Shown one piece after another: positions 10,595 through 19,708 of a stretch of DNA of 64,000 bases. Numbering within the stretch: the stretch's first letter is position 1; each line of letters begins with the position of its first letter. A model generated the notes under the pieces. That model was not told the origin of the DNA. It saw only the letters and a list, made by a program, of their open reading frames with translations, and ran no database searches. Position numbers and translations under genes: made by a program. The DNA comes from a virus (taxonomy: Duplodnaviria; Caudoviricetes). The stretch is taken from positions 32,001 through 96,000 of the IMG/VR virus record IMGVR_UViG_3300031134_000001; one strand, given 5' to 3'.

Positions 10595-12022
10595 ATGCTT
10601 AGCCCTAGCGCCATTTACAAAGCGATCGCCTTGACCGGTCAGTTCGATGCCGCCGGCATCATCCTGAAACCGCTGGGTGGTTCGCCACTGCATCACGTGG
10701 TCGAAGCGTGTGCGACTTTGCCTGAGATGGCATACAAGACCGAAGGCGGCACTGTCGAATTCGACTTCGGCGCGATCGAGCGCGCAGCCAATGCCAAAGA
10801 AGGTGTGTTCGATCGCTCGCGTCACGATTACGCCATGACCGACTTCGCCAACCTGGGCGCTGAGACGGTGCGTAAGTCGCTGTACGTGGCCCGCAACCTC
10901 GTGGCACCACGCATCAACAGCCTGCTCGAACTGGTGACCATGCGTCTGGCCAATGCCCCGGTGTCGGATCTGTCCAAACTGCGCATCAGCGAAGAAGAAG
11001 ACTGCCCAGCCATCTACGGCCCGAACCTGCGTCGCCTCGTCGACCAGTACGCCAACTACCACAACGGCGAACCTACGCTCTCGCTCAACGGTCCTGAACT
11101 GGGCACGGACGAAATCCTGAAGTACATGGAAACGGGCATTGCTTCGATCGACGACGAACTCATCACGTGGGCTGCAGCGCTGCCAGAAGCCACCCTGCAA
11201 GACACATACCGCAGTTTCTTCACGACGTTAAACGGTCGCGATAACCGCGGCTTCTTCGGTCGTATCGACAAGTCGGTCGTCAAGATGGTGATCGTGTATT
11301 GCATCGCCCGTCACCTGTTCGAAAACGACGTCCTGCTCGACGGCATCTCGCTGAGCCTGAAAGAATACCGCGCGGTCTTGACCGGCCTGATGGCACAAAG
11401 CGCGCACCTCTTGACCATCCAGATGGAAAAGAACGATGCGTCGATCAAGAACGGCAACATGGTGCGTTCGATCAACGGTGTCGAGATCCGTGTGTTCCCG
11501 CCAGTCTACCGCGAATGGCTCAAGAACGGCGGCAACACCGACGTGCTGTACGGCATGGCCACATCGGGTGAGCAGAAGTTCACCATCGATGCGATCAGCG
11601 AAAACGCCGACAAGTACGTCAAAGCCTGGAACAGCTACGCTTCGCTCATCACGGCGCGCGACAGCATGGCGCGGATGAACTTCCTGCGCGAACAGCTCAT
11701 CATGTCGTACGAGAGCATCATCAACGCACCGAACGAAGAAGGCATCCTGCCTAACCCGGCCGACGTGCGTGCTGAAATGGATTGCTTCCGCGACGTGCTG
11801 CGTGAAATGACCGTGAACGACGCCGACAACTTGCACCTCATGTGCTTGAAACTCGTGTGCCGTGCTTCGTTCTGCGAAACGCCTGCGGAAATGATCCTGA
11901 TCAAGATGGACGAAGAAGCCAAGAAGAATCCAAAGCTGTCCCCGCGTGAAGCTGGCGCCTTGGCTGTCATCTGGTACATCTCGGCCTGGGTCTCCTCGCT
12001 GATCATCATCGACAACGCGTAA
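10595..12022 (+). CDS. Virion head protein (phiKZ gp177 / SPN3US gp243-like)
   Basis: 475 aa, strong C-ending codon bias, lies between the vRNAP beta and beta'-C genes. Confidence 0.6.
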   Translation: MLSPSAIYKAIALTGQFDAAGIILKPLGGSPLHHVVEACATLPEMAYKTEGGTVEFDFGAIERAANAKEGVFDRSRHDYAMTDFANLGAETVRKSLYVARNLVAPRINSLLELVTMRLANAPVSDLSKLRISEEEDCPAIYGPNLRRLVDQYANYHNGEPTLSLNGPELGTDEILKYMETGIASIDDELITWAAALPEATLQDTYRSFFTTLNGRDNRGFFGRIDKSVVKMVIVYCIARHLFENDVLLDGISLSLKEYRAVLTGLMAQSAHLLTIQMEKNDASIKNGNMVRSINGVEIRVFPPVYREWLKNGGNTDVLYGMATSGEQKFTIDAISENADKYVKAWNSYASLITARDSMARMNFLREQLIMSYESIINAPNEEGILPNPADVRAEMDCFRDVLREMTVNDADNLHLMCLKLVCRASFCETPAEMILIKMDEEAKKNPKLSPREAGALAVIWYISAWVSSLIIIDNA

Positions 12023-12033
12023 GGACATCGGCC

Positions 12034-12750
12034 ATGGATTACAGTCACTACATCCACGATGCGGCGAAAGTACACAGTGCGCTCGCTGAATTGCCGAACG
12101 GTAGTTTGGTGGCCAAAAAGGCAATCAAGATCGTCGTCCCTACTCGGTTTGCTGAGCGGGGTTTGGCGTTCGTGGGTATCGAAACTAGCATCGTCGGTAT
12201 CTACGCCATCATTGTGGAAGACCAGTACTACGGCGTGTCCACCACCAATGCCATGATTCGCATCACGCCGTCTTCGACCAACAAGGTCACGTACGACGAA
12301 GATGAGTATTACGAGTTCTCGTTCGATCCAGGTGCAACGATCATCCCGTCGCTCGACTTGGTGAAGATCGATACCATCGTGTACAACATCTACGATGAGC
12401 TGTTAGGTAAAGGTCGGGTGCCTTGGTACATGTCGTACGAGCTGATGGGTGGCTTGTTTGACACGGCCAAGGATCACGCTGGTGCCAACGTGGGTCAACA
12501 ACAGGAGGTCGTCGAAATGATGGTCTCCTTGATCACACGCGATGAAAGCAACCGGGTAGAGTACTACCGCCGGGTTGTTGCGCAAGATCCGAAAAAGAGG
12601 CCAGCCTTCATCCCGCTACGTAGTGTGGCGTATGCCGCGACCAATACCTTGAACAAAGTCGCAGGTAGCTATGCGCGGGACGGGATGGTTTCAGCATTGG
12701 TCACACCAACTGAGCGGGTGGAGCGACTCGAATCACTCCTTCGAACTTAA
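12034..12750 (+). CDS. Virion RNA polymerase beta' C-terminal subunit (phiKZ gp176 / SPN3US gp244-like)
   Basis: C-terminus FIPLRSVAYAATNTLNKVAGSYARDGMVSAL...LESLL resembles the beta' C-terminal block; lies immediately before the protease. Confidence 0.7.
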   Translation: MDYSHYIHDAAKVHSALAELPNGSLVAKKAIKIVVPTRFAERGLAFVGIETSIVGIYAIIVEDQYYGVSTTNAMIRITPSSTNKVTYDEDEYYEFSFDPGATIIPSLDLVKIDTIVYNIYDELLGKGRVPWYMSYELMGGLFDTAKDHAGANVGQQQEVVEMMVSLITRDESNRVEYYRRVVAQDPKKRPAFIPLRSVAYAATNTLNKVAGSYARDGMVSALVTPTERVERLESLLRT

Positions 12751-12761
12751 TTGGAAAGACT

Positions 12762-13562
12762 ATGTTCGCCAATACCAACTCGGTCGTCTTTGCTTGCACC
12801 TCGCTTGAAGGTGTGAACAAAGTCGGCCTGCTGAAAAAGACACCGGAGGGTTATTACCCGATGGTGGTGGGGGCGTTAAACGTCTTCAACTCGGGCGGGC
12901 AGTTCTACCCAGCCAACAACGATGCACGTGCGCTGTTCGAACAATCCAGTTCGTTCATGCGCCGTGTGCAAGATGGTGCACTGCGTGGTGAGATGGGTCA
13001 CCCAAAGCCGGGACCGCGCAGTCTGGATCAAAACGAACAGCGCTTGCGCGATCAAGAGTTCGTTCGCCGTAACCTCTCGATCTACGAAGAACGGGTGTGT
13101 TGCCACCACATGAAGATTTGGCTGGACTTCGATTCAGTCAAAAACAAAGATGGTCAGCCAGTCATCGCCATCATGTCGCTGGTCAAGCCCAGCGGCGAAC
13201 TCGGCCACGTCTTGGAAAAGCAATTGGAAAACCCGCATGAGAATGTGTGTTTCTCGATCCGCTCGTTCACAGACAACAAAACCCGCTTCGGCATCGAAGA
13301 GCGCACGCTCAAAGAAATCGTGACGTTTGACTACGTTAACGAGCCAGGCATTTCCCACGCTAAGAAGTATCTCTCCCCGGCCTTGGAGAGCGGCTTTGAA
13401 ATGTCAATTAGCCGTGGTATGTTGGACAGCGCAATCATGATGAACCGTCCGGACAGTGTGTCGTCCGAGTCGATCATCGTTCGCCCTGACAACCTGTACA
13501 ATTCGATGAACTGGCCACTGCCAGGTCATAGTTCGAAACAGCTGCCTTCGCGCGGCTGGTAA
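12762..13562 (+). CDS. Prohead protease (phiKZ gp175 / T4 gp21-like)
   Basis: GEMGHP, FSIRS and TFDYVNEPG motifs. Confidence 0.92.
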   Translation: MFANTNSVVFACTSLEGVNKVGLLKKTPEGYYPMVVGALNVFNSGGQFYPANNDARALFEQSSSFMRRVQDGALRGEMGHPKPGPRSLDQNEQRLRDQEFVRRNLSIYEERVCCHHMKIWLDFDSVKNKDGQPVIAIMSLVKPSGELGHVLEKQLENPHENVCFSIRSFTDNKTRFGIEERTLKEIVTFDYVNEPGISHAKKYLSPALESGFEMSISRGMLDSAIMMNRPDSVSSESIIVRPDNLYNSMNWPLPGHSSKQLPSRGW

Positions 13563-13564
13563 TG

Positions 13565-13608
13565 ATAAGACCTCTCTGCCTTTCGGGGTGGAGGGGTCTT
13601 ATGCCGTA
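13565..13608 (+). terminator. Hairpin with TATGCCG tail
   Basis: ATAAGAC...GTCTTAT imperfect stem directly after the protease stop, then TATGCCG at 13600. Confidence 0.6.
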
Positions 13609-13617
13609 TGGTTCTAA

Positions 13618-13640
13618 ATCGTTTTAACGCTATATCACTT
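13618..13640 (+). promoter_or_regulatory. Early (vRNAP-type) promoter
   Basis: TTTTAACGC-TATATCAC-T (core 13631-13638). It matches five other copies in the window and the phiKZ early consensus TATATTAC. Confidence 0.75.
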
Positions 13641-13739
13641 TACTGTAATTAGTTGTCAATATGCAATCTAACGATATAAAAATAGCTGGTATCCACCTGC
13701 TATAGAGCCGAACCACCTCTTAACCAAAAGGAAAACGAA

Positions 13740-14243
13740 TTGGGCACTCCTATCAATCCACAGTGGGAACACGTGTTGCTGACCTTCAAAGGCAACGAAC
13801 ACAAATTCTCCGGCGTGGTTGCGCAAGCGACCAAAGACACCATCGACGTTGACATCGAACTGATCGACTTGGTTGCCTCTGCCAAGGAAGTTGCTCACGT
13901 TTCGAATGTGATCGATGTCGAAGACCTCGAAATCGTCACGCCAATCTTTTACAAGCACGAAGGCAAGTTCATCGTGCTGGCCGGTGCTGACAAAGTCATC
14001 GCCACCAAACAAGCAGCAAAGCCCAAAGCCGATGGTTCGCCGATCACGGTCAAGGGTCGCATGCTGTCTTCGGTTGCACTCAAAGGCGTTCGCGTCTTGA
14101 AAGCGCAACCACCCGCAGAGCAAGTACGTCCAGCGACACCGTTCAATCCACCGCGACTGAACACGCCGCATCGCGCTGGCGCCTACAACAGCGACAGCCA
14201 ACCCCGTACCTACGCCGGCAAACCAACGCCACGTAAGTACTGA
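13740..14243 (+). CDS. Hypothetical early protein
   Basis: TTG start after AAAGGA SD; 167 aa with a Pro-rich tail; only a weak ParB/Srx-like look (PIFYKHEGKFIVLAG). Confidence 0.7.
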   Translation: MGTPINPQWEHVLLTFKGNEHKFSGVVAQATKDTIDVDIELIDLVASAKEVAHVSNVIDVEDLEIVTPIFYKHEGKFIVLAGADKVIATKQAAKPKADGSPITVKGRMLSSVALKGVRVLKAQPPAEQVRPATPFNPPRLNTPHRAGAYNSDSQPRTYAGKPTPRKY

Positions 14244-14286
14244 TTCATTTCACCCGTAGTACATACCACCAAAAAAGGAAAACAGC

Positions 14287-14793
14287 ATGAGCACCGAAAA
14301 GATCGCAGAAGTCAAACTGAATCCGGCCGTCGAAGAAATGAAGGGCAAGATCTACGAAGCCATCACCGTGTCGAACACCGGTGACGTCGAAAAGACCGAG
14401 AACATCTACGAGAGCACCCTGCCCGACGACATCACGATCGACATGGTCAAGCGCGTCAACACGCACAACGAACTGTTCATCGCTGCCGCCTACGACGCCA
14501 TCGGTGACGCTGCTCGCGCCGCGGCCCTGGAACACGAAGGCATCAAGCAAGTCAACGCAACCATCGGCATGACCGGCCGCAACACCCTGCACGTGCAGTG
14601 GGACCGCGCCGTCGAACGCAACGCCGGCATCGCCGAAAAAGGCAAGGTCGCCCCGAAGAAAACCGTGTACGGCGCCATGTCCGGCAAACTGACCGTCGCC
14701 GGCACCGACACCGGCTCGGGCGAGCTGGGCAAAGTCGCACGTCGCCAAAAGCAAGCAGCACAAGACATGTTCGCGCCGGCCGTCACGGCCTAA
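14287..14793 (+). CDS. Hypothetical protein, probably highly expressed
   Basis: AAAGGA SD, extreme C/G-ending codon bias, 168 aa. Confidence 0.85.
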   Translation: MSTEKIAEVKLNPAVEEMKGKIYEAITVSNTGDVEKTENIYESTLPDDITIDMVKRVNTHNELFIAAAYDAIGDAARAAALEHEGIKQVNATIGMTGRNTLHVQWDRAVERNAGIAEKGKVAPKKTVYGAMSGKLTVAGTDTGSGELGKVARRQKQAAQDMFAPAVTA

Positions 14794-14801
14794 GCAGCAT
14801 C

Positions 14802-15200
14802 GACCTGGTAGTCCCTTGTAATGCATGAAAGCTCACCAGGCACACCCATGCGTTACAAGGAGGTCAAAAAGAAATCTACTGATGTCGACGTTTGCTCACA
14901 CCGGCGACTAGGTAGTCCTGCTCTGACACACCGCGGTAGTTATTCTCTCGCAATCCAACGCGAAGGTTATAAGTTACAATCTATCGCCAAGTGTGTTACG
15001 ACAGGATCGAGACTAGGACAGACCTAGTGCTCGGAGCACCGCAAATTCTTGAAACATTCCTCTTAGCTCTTAGCGGGGCAAACGGGGCGCATTGGTCCCC
15101 ATCGAGAATCTGTGGTGTTAGTAGTTCCATGACGGTGAGGCGTCATGGTTGTGGATAGCCGCACTGCCCTTCGGGGTGGTGCGGTTATTTATGACGTCTT
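14802..15200 (+). ncRNA. Candidate structured non-coding RNA
   Basis: No credible ORF; 14-bp stem 14814-14827/14847-14860 with a G-U pair; pseudoknot-compatible pairing; further nested helices; ends in a UUCG hairpin. Strand inferred. Confidence 0.45.
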
Positions 15201-15210
15201 TATTTTTTTG
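15156..15210 (+). terminator. UUCG-capped terminator with TATGACGTC
   Basis: TAGCCGCACTGCCC-TTCG-GGGTGGTGCGGTTA, then TATGACGTC and a T tract. Confidence 0.75.
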
Positions 15211-15322
15211 TTTGTTTCTAGGTGTATTGCCCCTAAGCCTCACCACGGCGTTTGTTTTTGCTCCACTCAAGAATCTACCGCGCAGTAGAAAGAATCGCTC
15301 CTAGAGGCTATACGTAGGTCCT

Positions 15323-15376
15323 GACGGCATAATACCCCCATCCATCTCCACAGCGGGGATGGATGGGATGTATGAC
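15323..15376 (-). terminator. Terminator of the tail tube transcript
   Basis: CCCATCCATCTCC/GGGGATGGATGGG stem just past the tube stop, with GACGGCATA (reverse of TATGCCGTC) at 15323. Confidence 0.65.
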
Positions 15377-15381
15377 TTCAA

Positions 15382-16272
15382 TTAGAAGTTGGTCTGACGC
15401 TGCGAGACAGCTTTGATGGAAGCATCGAAACCAGTTTCGACTGCCGATGCGACGTCTGCGCTGATCTTGTCGACCATGGCTTGTTTCATCATCGGGTTTG
15501 CACCCACGTAGTTCACGGCGTTCAGGATACGCTGCGCGAACGCATCGACGCCGGCGCCGACTTGTTGCAGAGCGGTGAACGACAGATCGACCGTGACGGT
15601 TTGCATGTCCTGGGTCTTGTCAGCCGAACCGACGATATCGCCGGTGCCTTCAGGGAACATGTTAAAGCACAGGAACGCTTGCTGGACTTTACGACCGAAT
15701 GCATCCGGTTCGATGTACAGCACGGTCATTGTGGTCTGGTCAGCCAGCAGGTCGGGCGACGCGCCGCCGGCAAATGCTGCTTGGAAGCTTGGCAGGGTAG
15801 CGACCGATGCGAACTTGGTGTCCGGGTCCATACCAGCGTAGAGCATCCAGGTTTCGATCAGGCGTTGGATCGGACGACCGTAACGCTCGATGTACGAGTG
15901 CTTGGGCATCGATTCAGCGCGCTTGATGTTCACCAGGTCGCGTTGCATTTGACCGGAACCACCGAATGCGTTTTGTGCGAATTCAGCGGTCAGGCCGCGG
16001 TTCAGACCGTCGATCGACAGCCACTGCGTCTCGATCAGAGCGCGCAGAACCTTGACGAACTTGTCGCCGTTGGGGAAGTACTGGAACAGCTTCGGAGCCT
16101 GGATCAGGATCGGGATGAGGTGACGACGTACGTGAGCTTGGTTGTTGACAAACGCAGCGTGGTCTGGAGCCCAGCCCATCTGACCGCCATAGGTCAGGTC
16201 GACCATGGGTGCGTTCGCACCCAGACCGAAGGCTGTGCCCGGTTGCATGATAGCACCATTGACGCGGGACAT
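15382..16272 (-). CDS. Tail tube protein (phiKZ gp30-like)
   Basis: 296 aa, directly downstream of the sheath gene, strong codon bias. Confidence 0.85.
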   Translation of the reverse strand: MSRVNGAIMQPGTAFGLGANAPMVDLTYGGQMGWAPDHAAFVNNQAHVRRHLIPILIQAPKLFQYFPNGDKFVKVLRALIETQWLSIDGLNRGLTAEFAQNAFGGSGQMQRDLVNIKRAESMPKHSYIERYGRPIQRLIETWMLYAGMDPDTKFASVATLPSFQAAFAGGASPDLLADQTTMTVLYIEPDAFGRKVQQAFLCFNMFPEGTGDIVGSADKTQDMQTVTVDLSFTALQQVGAGVDAFAQRILNAVNYVGANPMMKQAMVDKISADVASAVETGFDASIKAVSQRQTNF

Positions 16273-16341
16273 GTATATACCTTTTTGTAAAGGAACTAGA
16301 CAACCTTAGTCATCTAATTCCATTTGGGGAGGGCTGGAGAT

Positions 16342-18423
16342 TTAAGCTTGAGCCAGATCTTCAGCGCGGTACGACTCGATGGTCAGCGACTGGACAGTGC
16401 GCATCGGCGAGGCGCCGAGCTTGATCACGGTCGTCCAGCTGTAACCACGCAGGTCATCGTCCGCAGTGAAGTGCGTATCTGGGATGATGATGAAGCGGTT
16501 GTCGAACTTGCCATCGACTTCCGCCATGATCGCAGCGTTCACACGTTCGACGATCTGGTCTTTGGTCAGATCGCTACGGCCGGTGAAATCGCGGTGCACC
16601 TTGTCGCCGATACGCACGAGTTGTGCGCAAGCAAACGCGGTGATCGCGCTGTTCAACACCGAGGTGTCGTCTGGGTAGACGGTCTGGTGTGCTGGGAAGT
16701 ACATGGTGTCCATGGTGTACGGCTCAGGCCAGACCATGCTTGCTTCCCAGTCCTTGTAACGGGCGGTAGCAGGACGGAACACGACGTTCAGGTCGCGCAG
16801 CGTCGAGACGACGTTGTTCGGGTTGACGTCTGGCTTGTAGTTTGGAACCCACTTGCCGTTCGATGCACCCATGTACAGCGCCCACTTTTCAGCACGGTCG
16901 ATCGAAGCCGGAACAGCGGCGACGTAGTTGCTGTTGAGCAGGTAGCCCGAACCAGCGACAATACTGGCGCGCACCGTTGGGGTAGCGTAGTATTCCGATT
17001 CAGGGTAGTTCAGCAGATGCTGCGACAGCGAAATCGCCACCGAACGTTCTTGATCGTCCGTCAGCATTTGACCGCCGACAACGTGGGTGGCACCCATCAC
17101 GAACGTATCCTTACGGACCGCGATGAAGTTACCCATGACCATCTTGACCGACAGCGGGAAGCCGGAATCCCAGAAGATGTTCTCCGGGTTGTTCACAGCG
17201 TCTTGACGCTGGCTGTTCTTGTCGCCGTATTCCTGCAACTTGGCTTTGACCAGCGCCGAGAAGGCTTCGTCGGTCATCGTGCCGTCGTTACCACCTTGGG
17301 CAAACATCACGCCGTTCTCGTTCATGCGTACGCTGTTAGCAGCGCCGACGACGAGTTGGAAAGCGTGGTATGGCGCGCCGTAGGACGACACAGCGGTGAA
17401 CGGGTTCAGACGGTAGATCTCGTCTTCTTCACCGTTGATGTCGCTGAACATGTCCATGTGCGGGAACTCGACGGTGTGGATCATCGACAACACGGTCTTG
17501 ATGTTGTTGTCGTAGACCTTGACACGGTCGAAGTCACCGATGGTTGGCGAGAAGCCTGGGGTCGACGCGTCTTGGTAAGCCTTGACGAAGATGTCGCCCA
17601 GATACATTTGTGCCGACGTGTTACGGTCGCGCATGCCTGGCTTCAGGGTGAACGTGATCGCTGGCGCGCCCGAGAGGGTGCCGACGGTCGACGGACTGGT
17701 CAGGCGATCCGGACGCGATTTAACCGCGAGCTGGAACGGGTATGCTTTTTGATCGGTGATCAGGCGGGTGTCGACAGCAGCTTGCGACAGTTGGGTCAGT
17801 GCCCAGATCGCGATGCCTTTGTGGTTACCCCATTCGCCTTCCGAGCTGACCATGAAGTCCAGGATCGGGTAGCGGTCCGACTGTGTCGAATTGCTGGTGT
17901 CGGTTTGGTCACCCTTGGTGATTTGGCCGATACCGAATTGACGCATGCCGTCAACAACAGCGATGGGTTCAACAACCCATTTGCCCATGATGCCGTCGTG
18001 CTTGGCAGCCACCGGGATCTTTTGACCGTCGTTGATTTTGTACGAGCCATCGAGATTGCGCTCGAAGTCTTGCACTTGCGTTGGCAGCAAATCGAACGAC
18101 AGACGGAAAGCCGCCGGAGGTGCGATATCGCTTGGTGCCACGCGCTCGACGCAGGTCGAATTGCCGGCGCGGTTGAACACGTTGGCAAATGCGGTCGAGT
18201 GGTTGAAGTACGGGCTTGTTTCGTCGAACGTTTCCGCACCGAAGATGGCAGCACGGCTGGCACCCACAACGAGATAGTTCTTGCCGAGTTTACCCTTGCG
18301 GGCGAACACGAACGATTTTGGCAGGTGGGATGGCTGATCGAGTGGCTGGGGAGCCAGTGTCCGACCAGACACATCGTGGATGCCGCGATTATACGACATC
18401 GCTACGGCGTTTGGAATGTTCAT
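16342..18423 (-). CDS. Tail sheath protein (phiKZ gp29-like)
   Basis: 693 aa; WDSGF motif; C-terminal sheath-like RGYSWTTVIKL...MRTVQSLTIESYR; synteny. Confidence 0.9.
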   Translation of the reverse strand: MNIPNAVAMSYNRGIHDVSGRTLAPQPLDQPSHLPKSFVFARKGKLGKNYLVVGASRAAIFGAETFDETSPYFNHSTAFANVFNRAGNSTCVERVAPSDIAPPAAFRLSFDLLPTQVQDFERNLDGSYKINDGQKIPVAAKHDGIMGKWVVEPIAVVDGMRQFGIGQITKGDQTDTSNSTQSDRYPILDFMVSSEGEWGNHKGIAIWALTQLSQAAVDTRLITDQKAYPFQLAVKSRPDRLTSPSTVGTLSGAPAITFTLKPGMRDRNTSAQMYLGDIFVKAYQDASTPGFSPTIGDFDRVKVYDNNIKTVLSMIHTVEFPHMDMFSDINGEEDEIYRLNPFTAVSSYGAPYHAFQLVVGAANSVRMNENGVMFAQGGNDGTMTDEAFSALVKAKLQEYGDKNSQRQDAVNNPENIFWDSGFPLSVKMVMGNFIAVRKDTFVMGATHVVGGQMLTDDQERSVAISLSQHLLNYPESEYYATPTVRASIVAGSGYLLNSNYVAAVPASIDRAEKWALYMGASNGKWVPNYKPDVNPNNVVSTLRDLNVVFRPATARYKDWEASMVWPEPYTMDTMYFPAHQTVYPDDTSVLNSAITAFACAQLVRIGDKVHRDFTGRSDLTKDQIVERVNAAIMAEVDGKFDNRFIIIPDTHFTADDDLRGYSWTTVIKLGASPMRTVQSLTIESYRAEDLAQA

Positions 18424-18658
18424 TATGTCAGGTTCCTGTCGCTAATAATGAATGGTATGGTTTCGGTATTGTTTTGAAGTCGATGCCCAGCATCATAGTA
18501 ATCGTAAAAAAATACTGGCAGGATCGGCGTAAAGTCCTACCTGTAATGTTAAAACAACCTGAGCGGACTCGACATTGGTTTAACATAGAATGTCGGGCAT
18601 ATAGGGGAAGGTAATATTTTTATCCTTCTCTTTGTCAAGAAATTAAGGATGAACTAGA

Positions 18659-19627
18659 ATGACAATCTGCCACACAGCTTACAACACCACTGCCTGTGCT
18701 GGGCACCGGATGGCGCCCATTGTGGATGCAATCCAAGAAGCACAGGTGCGGGAGTTTCTCAGCCACGCTGACGGCGTGACGTATATCGATACATCCACGG
18801 GTGCATCGGGACAAATCAAAGCGTTCAAGCATGCGCTGTATATCCACAAGACCAACGTGCAAGATCAGCGCGGTAGCAACATCTCGGCGGAAGAGCCTAT
18901 CCTGGCCATGGACGTGCGGGCATGCGGTCGGTTCGATACCACCACGGGTCGGTTCAAAGTGACCAACTCGACGATGTACAAAAACCTGATCTACCGCGCG
19001 GCCTTGTCGTCGGTGTGGTTGACCAACGGCGCTGCGGCGTTCCGTAACATCACGCCAACAGCCACCGGTATTTTCGCCTCGTGGTTGGCTGAAGCCATTA
19101 GCTTCAAGTACGCACTGGACCCAAAAGCCAAGATCGACTTGATGATCGTGGCCGGCCTGTTCTACCAATCGAATCACATCGACGGCGTCGAGTTCGACAA
19201 AGGCAACGAAGCACGTTATCTGTCGGCCGTGTCCAACGCACTGAAAGTGAACGTCACGGAAGTGAACCGGATCTATCAGCAAACCCAAGCCATTGTCTCG
19301 ATCGAAGACTTCTGCTCCAAAGCCAAACAAGTACTGGGCAATGTGCGGCTGGAAAACCTGAACCATGGCGTGTTGATCGCCATGATGAGTTCGACCTGGT
19401 CGGGCGACAACGCACCAGAACTCGTGGCTGTGGCCATGGAGCATCCGCCAACCTGGATCTCGCTGGTGTACGAAGCGGCTACTAACATGGCGCTGCGCAA
19501 AGTTGGTTTGTCACGCATCGTCGAACGTCGTCAATACCTCGACGGGCTGGAGCGCTTGACCCAGATGCTCAGGACCCTGGCCCCGGAATCGACTGCGAAG
19601 ATCGAGAACGTTCCGTCGCTATACTGA
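18659..19627 (+). CDS. Virion structural protein (phiKZ gp28-like)
   Basis: 322 aa, divergent from the sheath gene, first of the gp28-27-26-25 run. Confidence 0.65.
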   Translation: MTICHTAYNTTACAGHRMAPIVDAIQEAQVREFLSHADGVTYIDTSTGASGQIKAFKHALYIHKTNVQDQRGSNISAEEPILAMDVRACGRFDTTTGRFKVTNSTMYKNLIYRAALSSVWLTNGAAAFRNITPTATGIFASWLAEAISFKYALDPKAKIDLMIVAGLFYQSNHIDGVEFDKGNEARYLSAVSNALKVNVTEVNRIYQQTQAIVSIEDFCSKAKQVLGNVRLENLNHGVLIAMMSSTWSGDNAPELVAVAMEHPPTWISLVYEAATNMALRKVGLSRIVERRQYLDGLERLTQMLRTLAPESTAKIENVPSLY

Positions 19628-19708
19628 AAGCAAAGCTAACCGCCATCTGGATCGAGCAATCGGTCTGGGTGGCGGTACCTTTTATTTCTTTTCTTTTTAA
19701 GGACAGCT

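Noticed and set aside
14791-14865. Stop-codon readthrough stimulated by the pseudoknot
   Set aside because: The stop is TAA, the least leaky, and no coding-like extension was evident.
14802-15200. tmRNA or tRNA in the structured region
   Set aside because: No GGGG...CCACCA acceptor stem, no T-loop GTTCGA and no tag ORF; I found no tRNA by eye elsewhere in the window either.
16324-18477. 717-aa plus-strand ORF, and similar long antisense ORFs at 54498-56579, 51806-52996, 15481-16290, 43209-44435 and 6414-7544
   Set aside because: They overlap well-supported genes on the opposite strand. Strong C/G third-position bias removes antisense stops, and the products are V/R/D-rich with no SD or motifs.
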